Below, one piece after another: positions 62,501-64,000 of a stretch of 64,000 nucleotides of DNA. The notes under the pieces are model-generated. The model worked only from the letters and a program-made list of their open reading frames with translations, ran no database searches and was not told the DNA's origin. How positions within the stretch are numbered: the stretch's first letter is position 1; each line of letters starts with the position of its first letter. The position numbers and the translations under genes are program-made. The stretch comes from Basidiobolus meristosporus CBS 931.73 (taxonomy: Eukaryota; Fungi; Basidiobolomycota): positions 24,277-88,276 of the forward strand of contig MCFE01000353.1 of the NCBI GenBank assembly GCA_002104905.1, given 5' to 3'.

Positions 62501-64000
62501 CTTCAGATTATGCAGTTGGTTGAGTGCTGAGCCAAGAACACAAGGGAAAGGACTACCCTGTTGCCTTTGAATCTAAGAAACTGAACTCAGCAGAACAAAA
62601 CTATCCAGTCCATGAGAAGGAGATGCTTGCTATAATACACTGTTTGAAGACATGGAGATGCTATATTGAAGGAGTCATATGCACTGTGAAGACTGATCAT
62701 GCCTCCCTCAGGTATATATTTACTCAGAAGGTACTCTCTAGAAGAATGACAAGATGGAGTGAATACATTCAGCAATTTGACCTGGAGATTGTCTACTGTC
62801 CTGGAAAAAACAACACGGTAGCTGATGCCTTATCAAGATTAGATCAAGTTGCACAACTCAACTTGGTGCATGAATCAGATTGGCCTAGCCTATTACCAAA
62901 GTACTTAGAGGACCAAGCCATTCCTAATGAGGTAGATGAAGATATCAAGAAGATAATCCGTGATGAAGCCGGCAAATTTGTTGTACAGAATGAAACACTC
63001 TACCAAATCACTAAATGGCCAGTTGCTAAAGCTGTACCAATAGCCAGTGAACAAGAAGTTGCAAGTTTCATTTACCATGAGATCCTGATGAAGTTTGGAT
63101 GCCCTGTGGAGATCTTATCCAATAGAGGTGCAAACTTTATGGCAAAGACATTAGAGGCTTACCTGGAAATGCAGCAGATCAGACACTTGAAAACCTCGGC
63201 ATATCACCCCAGAACTAATGGAGTCACTGAGCGGTTTAATGGATTATTTGTAAAAATGCTGACCAAGTATGCAAATGGAGTTGTCAGTAGATGGGATGAG
63301 TATATAGACCAAGCACTCTTTGCATGCAGAGTCAGAGTACACAACACCACCCAGCAATCACCATTTTACTTAGTTTATGGATGTGAACCAAGGATTCCAG
63401 GAGATGTCACACAACCCAAGCTTACAGATGCCTTAGAAGATGAACTTAGTCAGCCAAGTAGACACCAGCAACTGGAACAAAGACGTCAAGAGGCACAGAC
63501 CAAAGTATCTCAAAGTGCAGAAAAGATGAAGCAGAGATTTGATAAGACTATAGCACCAGAAGCATTGACAGTTGGGAACTTTGTATTGCTAAGAAACAAC
63601 ACTTGGAAGAAGTTTGAGCCACAATGGACAGAACCATTCAAGATCATCAGAGAATGTCCATTTGCAACTTACCAACTGGTGGACAAACAAGGCAATATCC
63701 GGGAAGACTTAGTGCATAGGGACAGACTCAAGCATGCAAGACTTGCTGATAATACTGAACCATCAAGATATTGGTATCACAAGAAAAGAGATTCAGGAGA
63801 ACCCTCTCAACTTTAGAAGGGGAGAATGTTATGATCTGCCGCTTGAATGTTTAAGTTAGATCAGTTTTTTAGTCAAATCAATTAGTATATGTTTAGGTTA
63901 TCAGTATATCAGTATTATCTATGAAATCAGTAGCATTGGTCAGCAAATGAATCAGCAGATCCTTATCAGACAGAAATAGATATATTAAGTAGGATCTTAT
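59590..64000 (+). mobile_element. Ty3/gypsy element D2 (5' LTR 59590-59954; 3' LTR from 63827, cut by the window end); single-frame gag-pol 60013-63816
   Basis: PBS TGGTAGCAGC at 59956, gag with CFNCHQQGHIAKYC, protease IDSGA, RT YLDD, RNase H, integrase, PPT AGAAGGGGAGAA. Three in-frame stops (60301, 60979, 62521) and a ~110-codon in-frame integrase deletion at ~63008. Confidence 0.95.

Noticed and set aside
27420-64000. Fanzor/TnpB, tyrosine recombinase, Helitron or chromodomain sequences
   Set aside because: No RuvC, YR, Rep/Hel or chromo motifs recognised by eye. A frameshift-aware HMM search would be needed to exclude decayed copies.

Overview
Eukaryotic fungal nuclear DNA. Short 50-70 nt GT-AG introns and the gene content suggest an early-diverging lineage (inference). 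The window has two sharply different halves. Positions 1-~27.4 kb are gene-dense with normal CpG: FAB1 (5' part), a stand-alone voltage-sensor-like 4-TM protein, GSK3, eRF1, a kinesin-1 with a divergent tail, TOM40, RPT3, PIG-U/GAB1, eL42, and then a cluster of lineage-specific secreted/membrane genes. Positions ~27.4-64 kb are an almost CpG-free field of decayed transposons. It holds nested Ty1/copia elements with half-tRNA (Ty5/copia-type) primer sites, two Ty3/gypsy elements, solo LTRs with intact TSDs, and a TIR/foldback MITE family with 3-bp AWT TSDs. Buried in it, and missed by the ORF track, are a decayed mitochondrial rps3 fragment (NUMT) with flanking GC clusters and an intronless GT34 glycosyltransferase pseudogene. 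All splice models, alignments and counts were made by eye and no database searches were run. I found no intact novel multi-gene system; the best leads are the captured relics, the CpG-decay boundary, the MITE family and the orphan membrane proteins.
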